Shown here in pieces: positions 36,507 through 45,742 of a DNA stretch of 64,000 nt. A program made the translations under genes and the position numbers. Within the stretch, counting starts at the first letter, position 1. Each line of letters starts with the position of its first letter. Location of the stretch: IMG/VR virus record IMGVR_UViG_3300032069_000007, positions 16,288-80,287 of that record, one strand, 5' to 3'. The notes beneath the pieces were generated by a model. It was not told the DNA's origin and did no database searches. It saw only the letters and a program-made list of their open reading frames with translations. Source of the stretch: a virus.

Positions 36507-38687
36507 ATGGCACAAGAAAGCTTCAACATCCCACTTGAGATCGTCAAGGCCGAGCGGACCTCAGACGGCCAGATGCGCATTCACGGCATCGCGAGCGACG
36601 AGAGCCTCGACCTGCAGAACGAGGTCGTCAAGGCAAGCGGCCTGGCCGAGTCCCTCGAATACCTCAAGACCTGGGGCAAGTTCAACGACGACCATAAGCG
36701 GATTTTTCTCGGCGATATAGATCAAGCTGAGATTACGACACGCGGGGCGCTTGCGGCAAAAGGCCTGCCCTGCAGGCCGGACCAGGTTAGCACGCCGTGT
36801 GTCTACGTTGCTGGCTATCTCTTCCCCAAGGTCGCCAGGGCGAGACACTATTGGGACGTAATCCAGTCCGGTGGCCGGGTCGGGATGTCGGTACAGGGAA
36901 GACCGCTTGCTGCGCCGATAACCGTCAAGAGCGGGGACGGCCAAAGCGAGCACCGCATGTGGACTAAACTCTTCGCCAACCAGGTTGCACTGACTGTCCA
37001 GCCCATCAATACCTCCACATGGGTCGGAATACAGAAGAGTTTTGAAAGGAAGTTTGGTGTCAAGATACCGAGGCGCCTGCGTTGCATATCCCGCAAGGTA
37101 GTGCCGGGTCGAAAACAGCGACTGTACGAGTTCGCCTCTTCGACTCCCGGGATTCACGCGGGGCAACTCGCCGATGGACTGCGCCGAAAAGGCCATGTGG
37201 TAAGCGTCCATCCCGCGCCTGTGAACCTGGGCATGCCGCACGTGATAACGACCCGCACCAACCGGGGCACTGAATATCGATTCCATATCTACCAGCGCTT
37301 CGGGAGGTCGCTCGGCACCGGCAGCGCCATAGTGGGCCCGGGCACGCCTGAGCCTGCAGGCGCTGCCCTTCGGACTCAGAGCCTAGAAGGGGCGGTTAAA
37401 CGACTGACACCGAGGCTGACCATCAAGAAGAAGAGGAAAAAGAAAATGCAGAAATCCATTGAAAGGCGCGAGGACGTGTCCGCGGCCGAGAAGAAGCGCG
37501 CCGCCGGCGAATATGGCGACGTGACCTACGCCGATCCGGTCAACAAGAAGTACCCACTGGACGCCGAGCACATCCACGCAGCGATAGCCTACTTTTCCAA
37601 GCCTAAGAACCAGGCGAAGTACTCGCCGGAGGAGCGGAAGCTCATGTGGGGGCGCATCAGGCGGGCGGCGAAGAAGCACGGCGTCGAGATGGCGAGCAAG
37701 AGTTTCGGCGAGCGATGGGGCATTGTCAAGGGACTAATAGACGACGAGCGATATGGATCGCACGTTGCGGCCGAGGCAGGAGTGAAGCACATCGGCACGC
37801 GGCACGACCCTGGCGAGACTGCGGATAACCCCAATGTTCATCATACCTATCGCTCGAAGAACCCCAAGTCTGGTGCTGAAGCCATTCAGTATCACCTCAA
37901 CCGATACGCGAATAGACGCGATGCTCTGCGGGTTGAGCATGACCCGAACGGCCAGTGGTCGAAAATCGTGCATACCAGGCCCGGACTCCCGACCCACACG
38001 CACCTCGTTACAAGAGGTAGGCACGTTCAGAAATCACAGGGCTACGACGGGCAGTACGACCTCACGCAATGCGTTTCCGAGGAGGAGGCAAAGAGTCAAG
38101 TGCCAACTTTAGATTTTCAGTCCATCGGGACGATGACGCCGGGCGAGATCGTGAAGGCGTGGCGGTCGGTTACACAGCCGAAAGAGGCAGTCCTGCACCC
38201 GCCCGAAGAGCTCAGGGCCTACAAGGTGGCCTTGGGAGCGGCCGCCCGCGAGCACAGTCCCGCCTGGGCTGCGGGAATCGCGAAATCCCAGGGCTGGTCG
38301 CCAGCGGCCGATATGACGGAACTTGACATCGGCGTCTGGATGGCACTCGCCGAGATGTCAGAAGACGATGTCGCCAAGGCCATTTCCAGGGGCGAGGCAG
38401 AGGTCTGCAAGTCGCTTTCGGCAGGCTACGGCCTGGACCAAGCCACAGTCCATGACGGTTGGCAGGACCTGCTCAAGAAAGCGGTCGCCGGAAACCAGTC
38501 GGGGTGTGACCTCGAGGCACCGGAGAAGCCGCTTGACGACAGCCGATCTCAAGGCGAACTGCCGGATGAGAAGAAGCGCAAAAAGAAAAAGCCGACCGAA
38601 CCGGGCGACAACGATCTGGAAGGCGTGCCCGATCCGCCGGAGAAGCCACTCGACGATAGCCGCTCGCAGGGGAAGTTTCCGAGTTAG
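36507..38687 (+). CDS. Prohead protease with modular C-terminal extension (DUF6582-like domain)
   Basis: GIASDESLDLQNEVV, NDDH, GMSVQG, VALTVQPIN; YADPVNKKYPLD..RIRRAAKKHGVE; PEKPLDDSRSQG x2; ATG 36507. Confidence 0.85.
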   Translation: MAQESFNIPLEIVKAERTSDGQMRIHGIASDESLDLQNEVVKASGLAESLEYLKTWGKFNDDHKRIFLGDIDQAEITTRGALAAKGLPCRPDQVSTPCVYVAGYLFPKVARARHYWDVIQSGGRVGMSVQGRPLAAPITVKSGDGQSEHRMWTKLFANQVALTVQPINTSTWVGIQKSFERKFGVKIPRRLRCISRKVVPGRKQRLYEFASSTPGIHAGQLADGLRRKGHVVSVHPAPVNLGMPHVITTRTNRGTEYRFHIYQRFGRSLGTGSAIVGPGTPEPAGAALRTQSLEGAVKRLTPRLTIKKKRKKKMQKSIERREDVSAAEKKRAAGEYGDVTYADPVNKKYPLDAEHIHAAIAYFSKPKNQAKYSPEERKLMWGRIRRAAKKHGVEMASKSFGERWGIVKGLIDDERYGSHVAAEAGVKHIGTRHDPGETADNPNVHHTYRSKNPKSGAEAIQYHLNRYANRRDALRVEHDPNGQWSKIVHTRPGLPTHTHLVTRGRHVQKSQGYDGQYDLTQCVSEEEAKSQVPTLDFQSIGTMTPGEIVKAWRSVTQPKEAVLHPPEELRAYKVALGAAAREHSPAWAAGIAKSQGWSPAADMTELDIGVWMALAEMSEDDVAKAISRGEAEVCKSLSAGYGLDQATVHDGWQDLLKKAVAGNQSGCDLEAPEKPLDDSRSQGELPDEKKRKKKKPTEPGDNDLEGVPDPPEKPLDDSRSQGKFPS

Positions 38688-38697
38688 CCGCAGAAGA

Positions 38698-38719
38698 TGC
38701 GGCACTTTAGTAGTGCAGA
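38698..38719 (+). promoter_or_regulatory. Conserved motif, copy 4, upstream of scaffold/capsid
   Basis: TGCGGCACTTTAGTAGTGCAGA. Confidence 0.75.
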
Positions 38720-38757
38720 TAGCCGTGGCGTGCCTGTGATGCAGGAGGTACGCAGTT

Positions 38758-39396
38758 ATGGGAAAGCGTAAGGACGAAGACGTCGACGACATCCTCGATC
38801 GCCAAGCTGAGGACGAGGACGAGGAAGAGTTGGAAGGCGAAGGCGACGAGGAGGAAGAGGGCGACGAGGAGGAAGAGGGCAACGAGGAAGAGACCGAGGA
38901 GGAAAAGAGGCGTTCGGCCAAGCGCAAGTCCCTCACAGATATTCTGAGGGAGGACGAGCAGTCGGCTGAGGCGCTCGACGTTGCACCGTTCCTCACGGAA
39001 CTGTCCCAGGCCATCGGCAAGTCGCTTGAGACGATGGAGGGCCAGATCGTCAAGAAGCTCACCAAGCACATCGATTCCCGGCTCGCCGAGATCGGAGACG
39101 CGGTGCTTGACCAGGGCGCGACCGTCAAGGAACAGGCCGAACTCATGAAGAGCTTTGGGGAGGCCATTGAGCAGATCGGGAAGGAGCCGCAGGCGCGAAA
39201 GAGCAAGCCCTACGGCGTCAACACACCTCTGATCGAGAAGTCGGACGGTGGCCGCTCGCGCGAGGAGATGCAGAAGCTCATCATGAAGGCGTGCCAGGAT
39301 AGGAAGCTGGAGGCCGACTGGGTCACCAGGGCAGAGGACCCCGCGTACCCGGACGACCTTCTTGCCAAGGCACTGGCCAGCATCGCCGTCGAGTAA
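38758..39396 (+). CDS. Capsid scaffolding protein
   Basis: Acidic N-terminus, coiled coil; between protease and capsid; AGGAGG SD. Confidence 0.75.
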   Translation: MGKRKDEDVDDILDRQAEDEDEEELEGEGDEEEEGDEEEEGNEEETEEEKRRSAKRKSLTDILREDEQSAEALDVAPFLTELSQAIGKSLETMEGQIVKKLTKHIDSRLAEIGDAVLDQGATVKEQAELMKSFGEAIEQIGKEPQARKSKPYGVNTPLIEKSDGGRSREEMQKLIMKACQDRKLEADWVTRAEDPAYPDDLLAKALASIAVE

Positions 39397-39485
39397 CCGC
39401 AGTGTGACAACCGAGCAGCCCCACGTTACCAGAGCAGCCGTAGTTTGACGTTGCCCACGAATACTACGCAAAGGAGGAAGCGTCA

Positions 39486-40970
39486 ATGATTGGCGTTTCA
39501 GACCAGTTCGTGGGTCTTGCGAACTACACGGACCTGATGGGGGGCTTCGGAATCTCCAGCGCCTTCGAGGTGCAGGAGCTCCAGAAGGCCCTGACAACCG
39601 GGCAGGATATCGTCGCGGCCGGCCCACAGGGCGGCCAGGCGCTTCGAGTACAAAGCCTGGAAAATACGCTTAAACTTCTCACGTACAGGGCTTCAGATTT
39701 GGCCCTGTGGCAGAGGATGGCGAAGAAGACGGCGTTCTCGACTGTCGAGGAGTACAGCCGATTGGACAAGCTGGCGATTGAGATGCCGGCGTTCGTCGGT
39801 GAGAACCCGGACCAGAACGTAGCCGCCGAGCGGTGGGTCGAACAGGACCAGAGCTATAGCCGACAGGTCGCAACCGTGCGGTTCATGGCCATCAAGAAGG
39901 CCGTGACCCTCGCCGCGACGTTCGTGCGGAACATCGTCCAGGACATCGAGGCGCACCAGACCCAGATAGGAACTCTGGAGCTCCTGGGGCGCGTCGAGGC
40001 TGGGATGTTTTACTCCGACAACCGGGTGAACCTGTTGGCCTGGGACGGCTACCCGGCGTTGATGCAGAAGTTCACGGGCGTCGTGCCGTACACCGGCACC
40101 TACAACAGCGTGGCGTACACCACTGCCGCGTGGCCGAGCGGTGACTTCAAGGACATCATCGTCGACTGCGAGGGCAACCCGCTCTCGGAGGAGTATCTGG
40201 AACTCGGGCAGCAGATCACGAGAACCCACTACGGAAAGCTCGACGTGCTCTTCATGAGTCCGAGGGCGAAGTCCGATCTCTACAAGCAGCTCTATCCTGC
40301 TCAGCGGATAATGATGCCGCCCACTCCGGATGGCCGCGTTGGGATCAACTTCAGCTTCTACATGGGTTCCAACGGAGAGTCGGAGCTCCTTTCCGACGTG
40401 TTCATTGGACTCCGAAGGCCGAAGGCTGTTGCGGATAGCGGCGCTCCGACCGCGCCCCAGAACGGCACCAACATCACGATTGCAGCGGCCTCGTCCGCCA
40501 CATCGAAGCTGGAGACCGACACCTACTACTACTATCTCTCGAGCGTCGACGGACAAGGCCGGGAGTCAGTCACGACGTCGAAGAACCAGGCGGCGACAGT
40601 CGGCCAGAAGATAACCCTGACCGTCAAGACGGCGTCCTGGCAGACAGGCGCGGTTCAGTGCCGGGTCTACAGGAACAAGGGCACTGACGATATCACGAAG
40701 GCATCGCTGATCGTGACGCTGCCGAAGCCTGACAGCGGCGACATCGCCTACGTGGACGAGAACCAGTCGAGGGAGAACTGCTCAATTGCGATGGGGTTCA
40801 CCTGGGACGCCGATCAGGTGGTTGCGTTCAAGCAACTCGCACCGCTGATGAAGCTCCCCTTGGCCATCGTCAGCACGGCCAAGCCCTTCTTGATCCTACT
40901 GTACGGCACTCCGGTGCTGTACGCTCCGAGCAAGTGCATCCTCTATTCCAACGTAGGGATGCTGACGTAG
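39486..40970 (+). CDS. Major capsid protein (Herelleviridae-like pattern) with beta-sandwich insertion
   Basis: LQKALTTG..ALRVQSLE..STVEEY..LAPLMKLPLA..LLYGTPVLYAP; AAGGAGG SD. Confidence 0.9.
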   Translation: MIGVSDQFVGLANYTDLMGGFGISSAFEVQELQKALTTGQDIVAAGPQGGQALRVQSLENTLKLLTYRASDLALWQRMAKKTAFSTVEEYSRLDKLAIEMPAFVGENPDQNVAAERWVEQDQSYSRQVATVRFMAIKKAVTLAATFVRNIVQDIEAHQTQIGTLELLGRVEAGMFYSDNRVNLLAWDGYPALMQKFTGVVPYTGTYNSVAYTTAAWPSGDFKDIIVDCEGNPLSEEYLELGQQITRTHYGKLDVLFMSPRAKSDLYKQLYPAQRIMMPPTPDGRVGINFSFYMGSNGESELLSDVFIGLRRPKAVADSGAPTAPQNGTNITIAAASSATSKLETDTYYYYLSSVDGQGRESVTTSKNQAATVGQKITLTVKTASWQTGAVQCRVYRNKGTDDITKASLIVTLPKPDSGDIAYVDENQSRENCSIAMGFTWDADQVVAFKQLAPLMKLPLAIVSTAKPFLILLYGTPVLYAPSKCILYSNVGMLT

Positions 40971-41052
40971 GTGACCTAGACGAGGGCGGCAGAAACTGGG
41001 GCCGGAGGCGGAGGACCAGGACCTCCGGCCCTGGGCCCTCCAGGAGGATAGC

Positions 41053-41448
41053 ATGAGAGAAAAGGTAGCACGGTACGACATGGCGACGGCGCTCGGCTAC
41101 AGGCCCGCAGGCGTCACGATCGTGAACTTGGAGAAGCTCGGAACCATCAGTGCAGCGGATGGGCTGGACTACTTCGTCGTTCCCTACAAAGGTGAAATCG
41201 TCCATGCGCAGATGAGCTTGAGTAGCACCGGCGGGACCAGCGGGACCAACACGGCCGAGCTTAACCTGAACGGCGTTGCGCAGTTCACAGGGAGCATCGA
41301 TTGGAACGCCTCGGTCAAGTACAAAGACCTGGGCGTCAGGGCCATCAAAGTCAAGAAGGGAGACATTCTCCACCTTGATATCAACGCTGTGGCAACTAGC
41401 GGGTCACCAGCCGATATGAGGCTGAAGTTGCTCCTTGCCCTCAGTTAA
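41053..41448 (+). CDS. Head decoration-like protein
   Basis: AGGAGG SD; follows MCP; beta-rich. Confidence 0.65.
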   Translation: MREKVARYDMATALGYRPAGVTIVNLEKLGTISAADGLDYFVVPYKGEIVHAQMSLSSTGGTSGTNTAELNLNGVAQFTGSIDWNASVKYKDLGVRAIKVKKGDILHLDINAVATSGSPADMRLKLLLALS

Positions 41449-41455
41449 GGAGACG

Positions 41456-42001
41456 ATGATCGTGATGTACGCAATACACGTCGATGGGCTGTCCGGCGAG
41501 GTGGAAACCTCGTACGGGACTGTGGTCTTCGACGAGAACGGCGACGGGATCTGCACGCTGGACCAGACGTGGGCGTTCGCCGGCGATAAGGGGTTCTGTG
41601 TTCAACTCCTGCCGGGTCAGGCGCCCGAGGAGGGGTCTCCCGTCGAGGATAGCCTCACCCTTGGCGTCGTGGTCGAGACCATTCCCGTTGAGACCGAGCC
41701 CATAGTGATCCCAGACCCAACGGCACAAGACCCGGCCATTCCCATTGACCCTAGAGAGGCAGGGAATACCTCGCCGCTCGAGGAGGGGGAGCCCCCGGTC
41801 GGTCTGGAGGGGAATCCGATCGCCGTTGGCGAACTGGCGGCCAACGAGCCGGACGCTGAGGGCGAAGGCACAACCCCGGGCGTTGTGGGGAGCAGCTATG
41901 CGGACCTACGGGCAATGGCGACTGCACGCGGGATCAAGTACGTCGGTGTGACGAAGGCCGACCTCATTGCGGCACTAGAGGCCGGTGAAACGCCGGCCTA
42001 G
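41456..42001 (+). CDS. Virion protein with C-terminal Rho-N/HeH-like motif
   Basis: YADLRAMATARGI...TKADLIAALE; Pro/Glu-rich linker. Confidence 0.7.
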   Translation: MIVMYAIHVDGLSGEVETSYGTVVFDENGDGICTLDQTWAFAGDKGFCVQLLPGQAPEEGSPVEDSLTLGVVVETIPVETEPIVIPDPTAQDPAIPIDPREAGNTSPLEEGEPPVGLEGNPIAVGELAANEPDAEGEGTTPGVVGSSYADLRAMATARGIKYVGVTKADLIAALEAGETPA

Positions 42002-42268
42002 CGCCGACAGGGGCCGCGCAAAACGGAAAGTAGCACGCCGACGGTTTGCACCCGGTGCGGATACTGCTGTTGGGACTGGAAAGGCGGCGATCCGCAGAAC
42101 AAATGTGAATACTTGGCGGAGGACATGCGCACTTGCACGGTCTATGATCGGCGGGAGGAGGTTGGTAGGGGATCATGCTGCATCTTCCCGAGCGATCCTC
42201 GGATACCCGTTGACCTGCCCGAGCATTGCGGATACGTTCGCCACTGGGGTGACCAGGGATTGATCTGA
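42002..42268 (+). CDS. CxxCxxCC (YkgJ-like) metal-binding domain lacking a canonical start codon
   Basis: CTRCGYCC..CEYL..CTVYDRR..C.IFP..CGY in frame right after TAG 41999-42001; its TGA overlaps ATG 42268 (TGATG). Confidence 0.6.
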   Translation, partial: RRQGPRKTESSTPTVCTRCGYCCWDWKGGDPQNKCEYLAEDMRTCTVYDRREEVGRGSCCIFPSDPRIPVDLPEHCGYVRHWGDQGLI

Positions 42269-43836
42269 TGCCGACGTATTACCTCTCGGACACTGACATA
42301 ACCGCGCTGACCCTGGAGCAGTTGGCGACTTCGGCCCCTTCGGCGTTAGATGAGGCTCAGGGTTGGACGGTCGATAAGAAAGTAGCCCTTGCATCAGCCT
42401 ATAAGCCGGACACGATCCGGGCAGCAACTACCTTTGTTACGGAGCCTACCGCGTTCAGTGCGCTTGGCTACAGGACAGTCGCGGTGCTCTCCGGCAACTT
42501 CGCCGCTGGGAATTGGGTTCTGTCCTGGAGGGTCAAGTCTAATGCCTACTACGCGCAGAAGGGGTATGTCAAGTTCCGGCTGTGGCGGAGTACGAACGCC
42601 GATGGATCGGGCGCCACACAGATAACGCCGGGCTGGCAGAGCTCGATCGAGATCGGGTTCACGGCTGCCGGCCAATATCAGACCGGCACCGTTACCTGGG
42701 CTAGCGGTTCAACCGTAACCCTGACCAACGAGTATCTTTTCCTTGAGGTTGAATGGTATGCCACGGTCTCCGGCGGAAACAACGCGGCGGCTGTCTACTG
42801 GGTCCACAACGAGGGAGCGGCGGAGCAACTTGTCACTCCGGCCCTGGGACAGAGTTACAGCCGCTCGGCCTCGGCGGGGATAGGGGTAGTTGCTGTTGCC
42901 ACACGGCAGGTGGCTTATGGACGTGCGGCAAGCGCTTCAGTCAGCTCCGCGGCTTCGTCGGGGAGAGGTGCCGTTCTGGCAAGATCGGGGGGCGCATCCC
43001 TCTCAGTCGCTGCTGCAGCGAACAGGGTTCTTGGCAAAGTGAGATCAGCGGCGGCGGGGATTGGTGTGGTAGCAACGGCGGTGAGGGCAGTTGCTTTCGG
43101 GAGAAGTGGATCGGCGGGGATAGGGGTCTCACCTTCGGCAGCCAGGGCTTTTAGCGGCTTTCGGTCGGCATCAGCAAGTGTAAGTGTGGCCGGAACTGCA
43201 TCAAGAACGTTCTCAGGAATTAGGCTGGCTACGGCCTCGATGTCCGTAGCGGCGTCAGCGGCCAGAATCTACGGCGCACTGAGAGAAGCCGCAGCCTCCA
43301 TTTCCGTTGACGCGATTGCGGAGGCTATCAAGAGCGGCGGGCAGGCATTCTTCAGGACAGCAGAGGCCGCCATATCGGTGATTGCAACCGCCACAAGGCA
43401 GGTCAGTCTGAACAGGTCGGGGGCGGCCTTGGTCTCAGTCGGTGCGGGGGCAGATAGGATTATCGGCAGGATCAGATGGGCGGCGGCCAACATTAGTGTG
43501 GCAGGGTCGGCAGCGAAGGTGGTCAGCTTCGGGAGGACCGGTTCGGCGGCTGTAGGCGTCTCGGCATTAGGGACAAGAGCCGTCGGCGCAGTTCGTTCGG
43601 CGTCGGCGAGTGTGAATGTGGCCGGAATCGCAGCACGAGTATTTGCCGGCAGGAGGCCCGCAGCAGCCAGTGTTGCTGTCTCGGCGTCGGCATCACGAGC
43701 GTTCTCGGCATTCAGGCGGGCGGCAGCAACAATCCTTGTGGGTGCTGTGGCCTTGGCCTACAAGGGCGGAGGCGGAGTTGGCAAACACCTCCACATGGGC
43801 CTAGACAAACTACGGAAGGTATTTGGAGGGATATGA
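42268..43836 (+). CDS. Fibre-like virion protein with about 15 x 20-aa repeats
   Basis: RSASAGIGVVAVATRQVAYG-type repeats after a globular N-terminal domain. Confidence 0.75.
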   Translation: MPTYYLSDTDITALTLEQLATSAPSALDEAQGWTVDKKVALASAYKPDTIRAATTFVTEPTAFSALGYRTVAVLSGNFAAGNWVLSWRVKSNAYYAQKGYVKFRLWRSTNADGSGATQITPGWQSSIEIGFTAAGQYQTGTVTWASGSTVTLTNEYLFLEVEWYATVSGGNNAAAVYWVHNEGAAEQLVTPALGQSYSRSASAGIGVVAVATRQVAYGRAASASVSSAASSGRGAVLARSGGASLSVAAAANRVLGKVRSAAAGIGVVATAVRAVAFGRSGSAGIGVSPSAARAFSGFRSASASVSVAGTASRTFSGIRLATASMSVAASAARIYGALREAAASISVDAIAEAIKSGGQAFFRTAEAAISVIATATRQVSLNRSGAALVSVGAGADRIIGRIRWAAANISVAGSAAKVVSFGRTGSAAVGVSALGTRAVGAVRSASASVNVAGIAARVFAGRRPAAASVAVSASASRAFSAFRRAAATILVGAVALAYKGGGGVGKHLHMGLDKLRKVFGGI

Positions 43837-44327
43837 TGATTAAGACTAGCAGAGAAGCCAAGGCACGAATATGTGTTCGTGGCTCTGTCCTGGTCGAGCA
43901 CAGGAACAAAGAGGGCAAACTGCTCTTTCGTAAGCGGTTTGAGAACACGGTCATGCTCCACGGCCTGACCTGGCTACGGGCGCGCGCAGGCAATGGCAGC
44001 GTAGACCCAGCAAACTACATCGGCCTGTCGTCAAACACGAGCGCGCCTGCCAACACAGCGACCGATCTACTCGCGACGGTCTTTACTGATGATGGGCTTG
44101 CGCGGGCGTTAGGAGCTTATGGCGTAAGTGGAGACTACGCTTTCACGATCTATAAACTGTTCACGAAGGGCGCGGGGGCAGACAAGACGGTTGGCAGCCT
44201 TGGACTCTACTACGCCGCCGCCACGCCAGACAACCTGTTTGCCGGCGTCGTTTGCACGCCGTCCGCCATTCTGACAAACGGAGATACGCTGGCGATTACA
44301 TGGACCGTGACGATGGCGGCTACATAG
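43833..44327 (+). CDS. Virion structural protein
   Basis: GGAGG SD, ATGA overlap; YIGLS..TDL..GLARA..NGDTLAITWTV. Confidence 0.7.
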   Translation: MMIKTSREAKARICVRGSVLVEHRNKEGKLLFRKRFENTVMLHGLTWLRARAGNGSVDPANYIGLSSNTSAPANTATDLLATVFTDDGLARALGAYGVSGDYAFTIYKLFTKGAGADKTVGSLGLYYAAATPDNLFAGVVCTPSAILTNGDTLAITWTVTMAAT

Positions 44328-44336
44328 AGGACTGAG

Positions 44337-44867
44337 ATGCCCGAAGCCTATCTGGACCAAGCAAGATGGCTGTCGATCCTCGTCACAGACATGCAGGACG
44401 TAGGCATAACCGGCCTCGCGTACACCGATGTGGCGGTGTATTACCAGAAGAGCGATGGGACCGTTACTGAACTTGCGCTCACCGCTCAGACCTGGCGAGA
44501 GGCCGGCCGTGGGCTTTACGACGCATACTTCCCCGCTGGCGCCTTCGACACCCTTGGCGGGTTCGTCTGGTGGTGCGTCGCTGCCGGCGCGACCGACTAC
44601 AGGGCAACCGTTGACGTCATGGTGCCCGTTGCAGGGGCTGGATCGGTCCAGAGGACCATCGCGCTTCTCTGCGGTGGCAATCCCGTCATTGGTGCAGAGG
44701 TCTGGCTCACAACCGACCCTGCGGGTGGGAACGTGGTTGCAGGGACAGAGACGACCAACGACGCAGGCCAGGTAACATTCCTGGTCGATGTCGGCCTTAC
44801 CTATTACGTTTGGTGCAAGAGCGCAGACGCTCGATTTTCAAACCCAACACCCTGGCAGGTGACCTAG
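44337..44867 (+). CDS. Virion structural protein (Ig-like beta domains)
   Basis: GAGG SD; GRGLY; TNDAGQVTF. Confidence 0.65.
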   Translation: MPEAYLDQARWLSILVTDMQDVGITGLAYTDVAVYYQKSDGTVTELALTAQTWREAGRGLYDAYFPAGAFDTLGGFVWWCVAAGATDYRATVDVMVPVAGAGSVQRTIALLCGGNPVIGAEVWLTTDPAGGNVVAGTETTNDAGQVTFLVDVGLTYYVWCKSADARFSNPTPWQVT

Positions 44868-44868
44868 T

Positions 44869-45741
44869 ATGGCGGATCTGACGATACAGGGTACGCCGAT
44901 TGGCGGGGCGGTTCCGCCGATAGCACCGGAATTGGTCGCGGTAGACGACGTCAAAGCCGAGCTTGTTATGAACACGACGAATGAGTTCACGAGCTTCATG
45001 GCAGTGATGGGCAACCAGAGCCAGCAGGAGGAGGCGATTCAGAACGCCATCAACTGGAGCGTTTCCAGGGCTGAGCGCGAACTCAAAAGCGACCTCCGGA
45101 AGAAGGTGATCAAGTGCTATCCTGCGGCGAATCTGGTGAAGGGCGTGGATTACGACGTCGACGAGGATCCATACGATTTCTTCCATACGGACTATCAATC
45201 CTTCGGCTATATGGTCCTGCGCCATCGCCCAGTCCAGAGCATCCAGAAGGTTGACCTTCGGTATGGACCGGCCTTTGAGATACTGACCTACCCGATGGAT
45301 TGGATCAGGTGCAACCGGAAGTTTGGGCGGCTCTCCGTCCTGCCGACAGCGAGTGCCTTTGGTGCGATCGGGCCTATAGTTTTGGCCTCCGGCTATTTCT
45401 TCCTCCCGATGATGCTCGGGTGGGTCCGAGACATCGTGCCACAGATGATCTGCGTTGACTACACGAGCGGCGTTGATGCCACCGACCCAGAGTTCGCCGA
45501 ACTGAGGCACCAGGTGGCAAGGCTCGCGACCGCCGAGATCTTCCGGATCATCGGCAGGGCCTATAAGCCGGGTATCGGCAGTTACTCCGTTGGAGAGGAC
45601 GGGGCAAGCGAGTCGGTGTCGCTGACGCGCGGGGCAGGCGTTCTTTTCCAATCAGAGATAGCGCTGATCGAGCAGGACTGGGCGCGCTTTGTGGCCCGCT
45701 GGTTTGAGAGCCAGATGCCGATCCAATTCCAGGTAATTTGA
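44869..45741 (+). CDS. Head-tail adaptor (neck) protein
   Basis: YDF..DY..LRHRPVQSI..PQMICVDYTSG..SYSVGEDGASESVS; position. Confidence 0.7.
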   Translation: MADLTIQGTPIGGAVPPIAPELVAVDDVKAELVMNTTNEFTSFMAVMGNQSQQEEAIQNAINWSVSRAERELKSDLRKKVIKCYPAANLVKGVDYDVDEDPYDFFHTDYQSFGYMVLRHRPVQSIQKVDLRYGPAFEILTYPMDWIRCNRKFGRLSVLPTASAFGAIGPIVLASGYFFLPMMLGWVRDIVPQMICVDYTSGVDATDPEFAELRHQVARLATAEIFRIIGRAYKPGIGSYSVGEDGASESVSLTRGAGVLFQSEIALIEQDWARFVARWFESQMPIQFQVI

Positions 45742-45742
45742 C

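Noticed and set aside
40999-41031. Hairpin GGGCCGGAGG...CCTCCGGCCC after the capsid gene as a terminator
   Set aside because: No U-tract; at most an mRNA-stabilising stem
41968-41980. TGCGGCACTAGAG partial motif
   Set aside because: Only 9 nt match, within coding sequence
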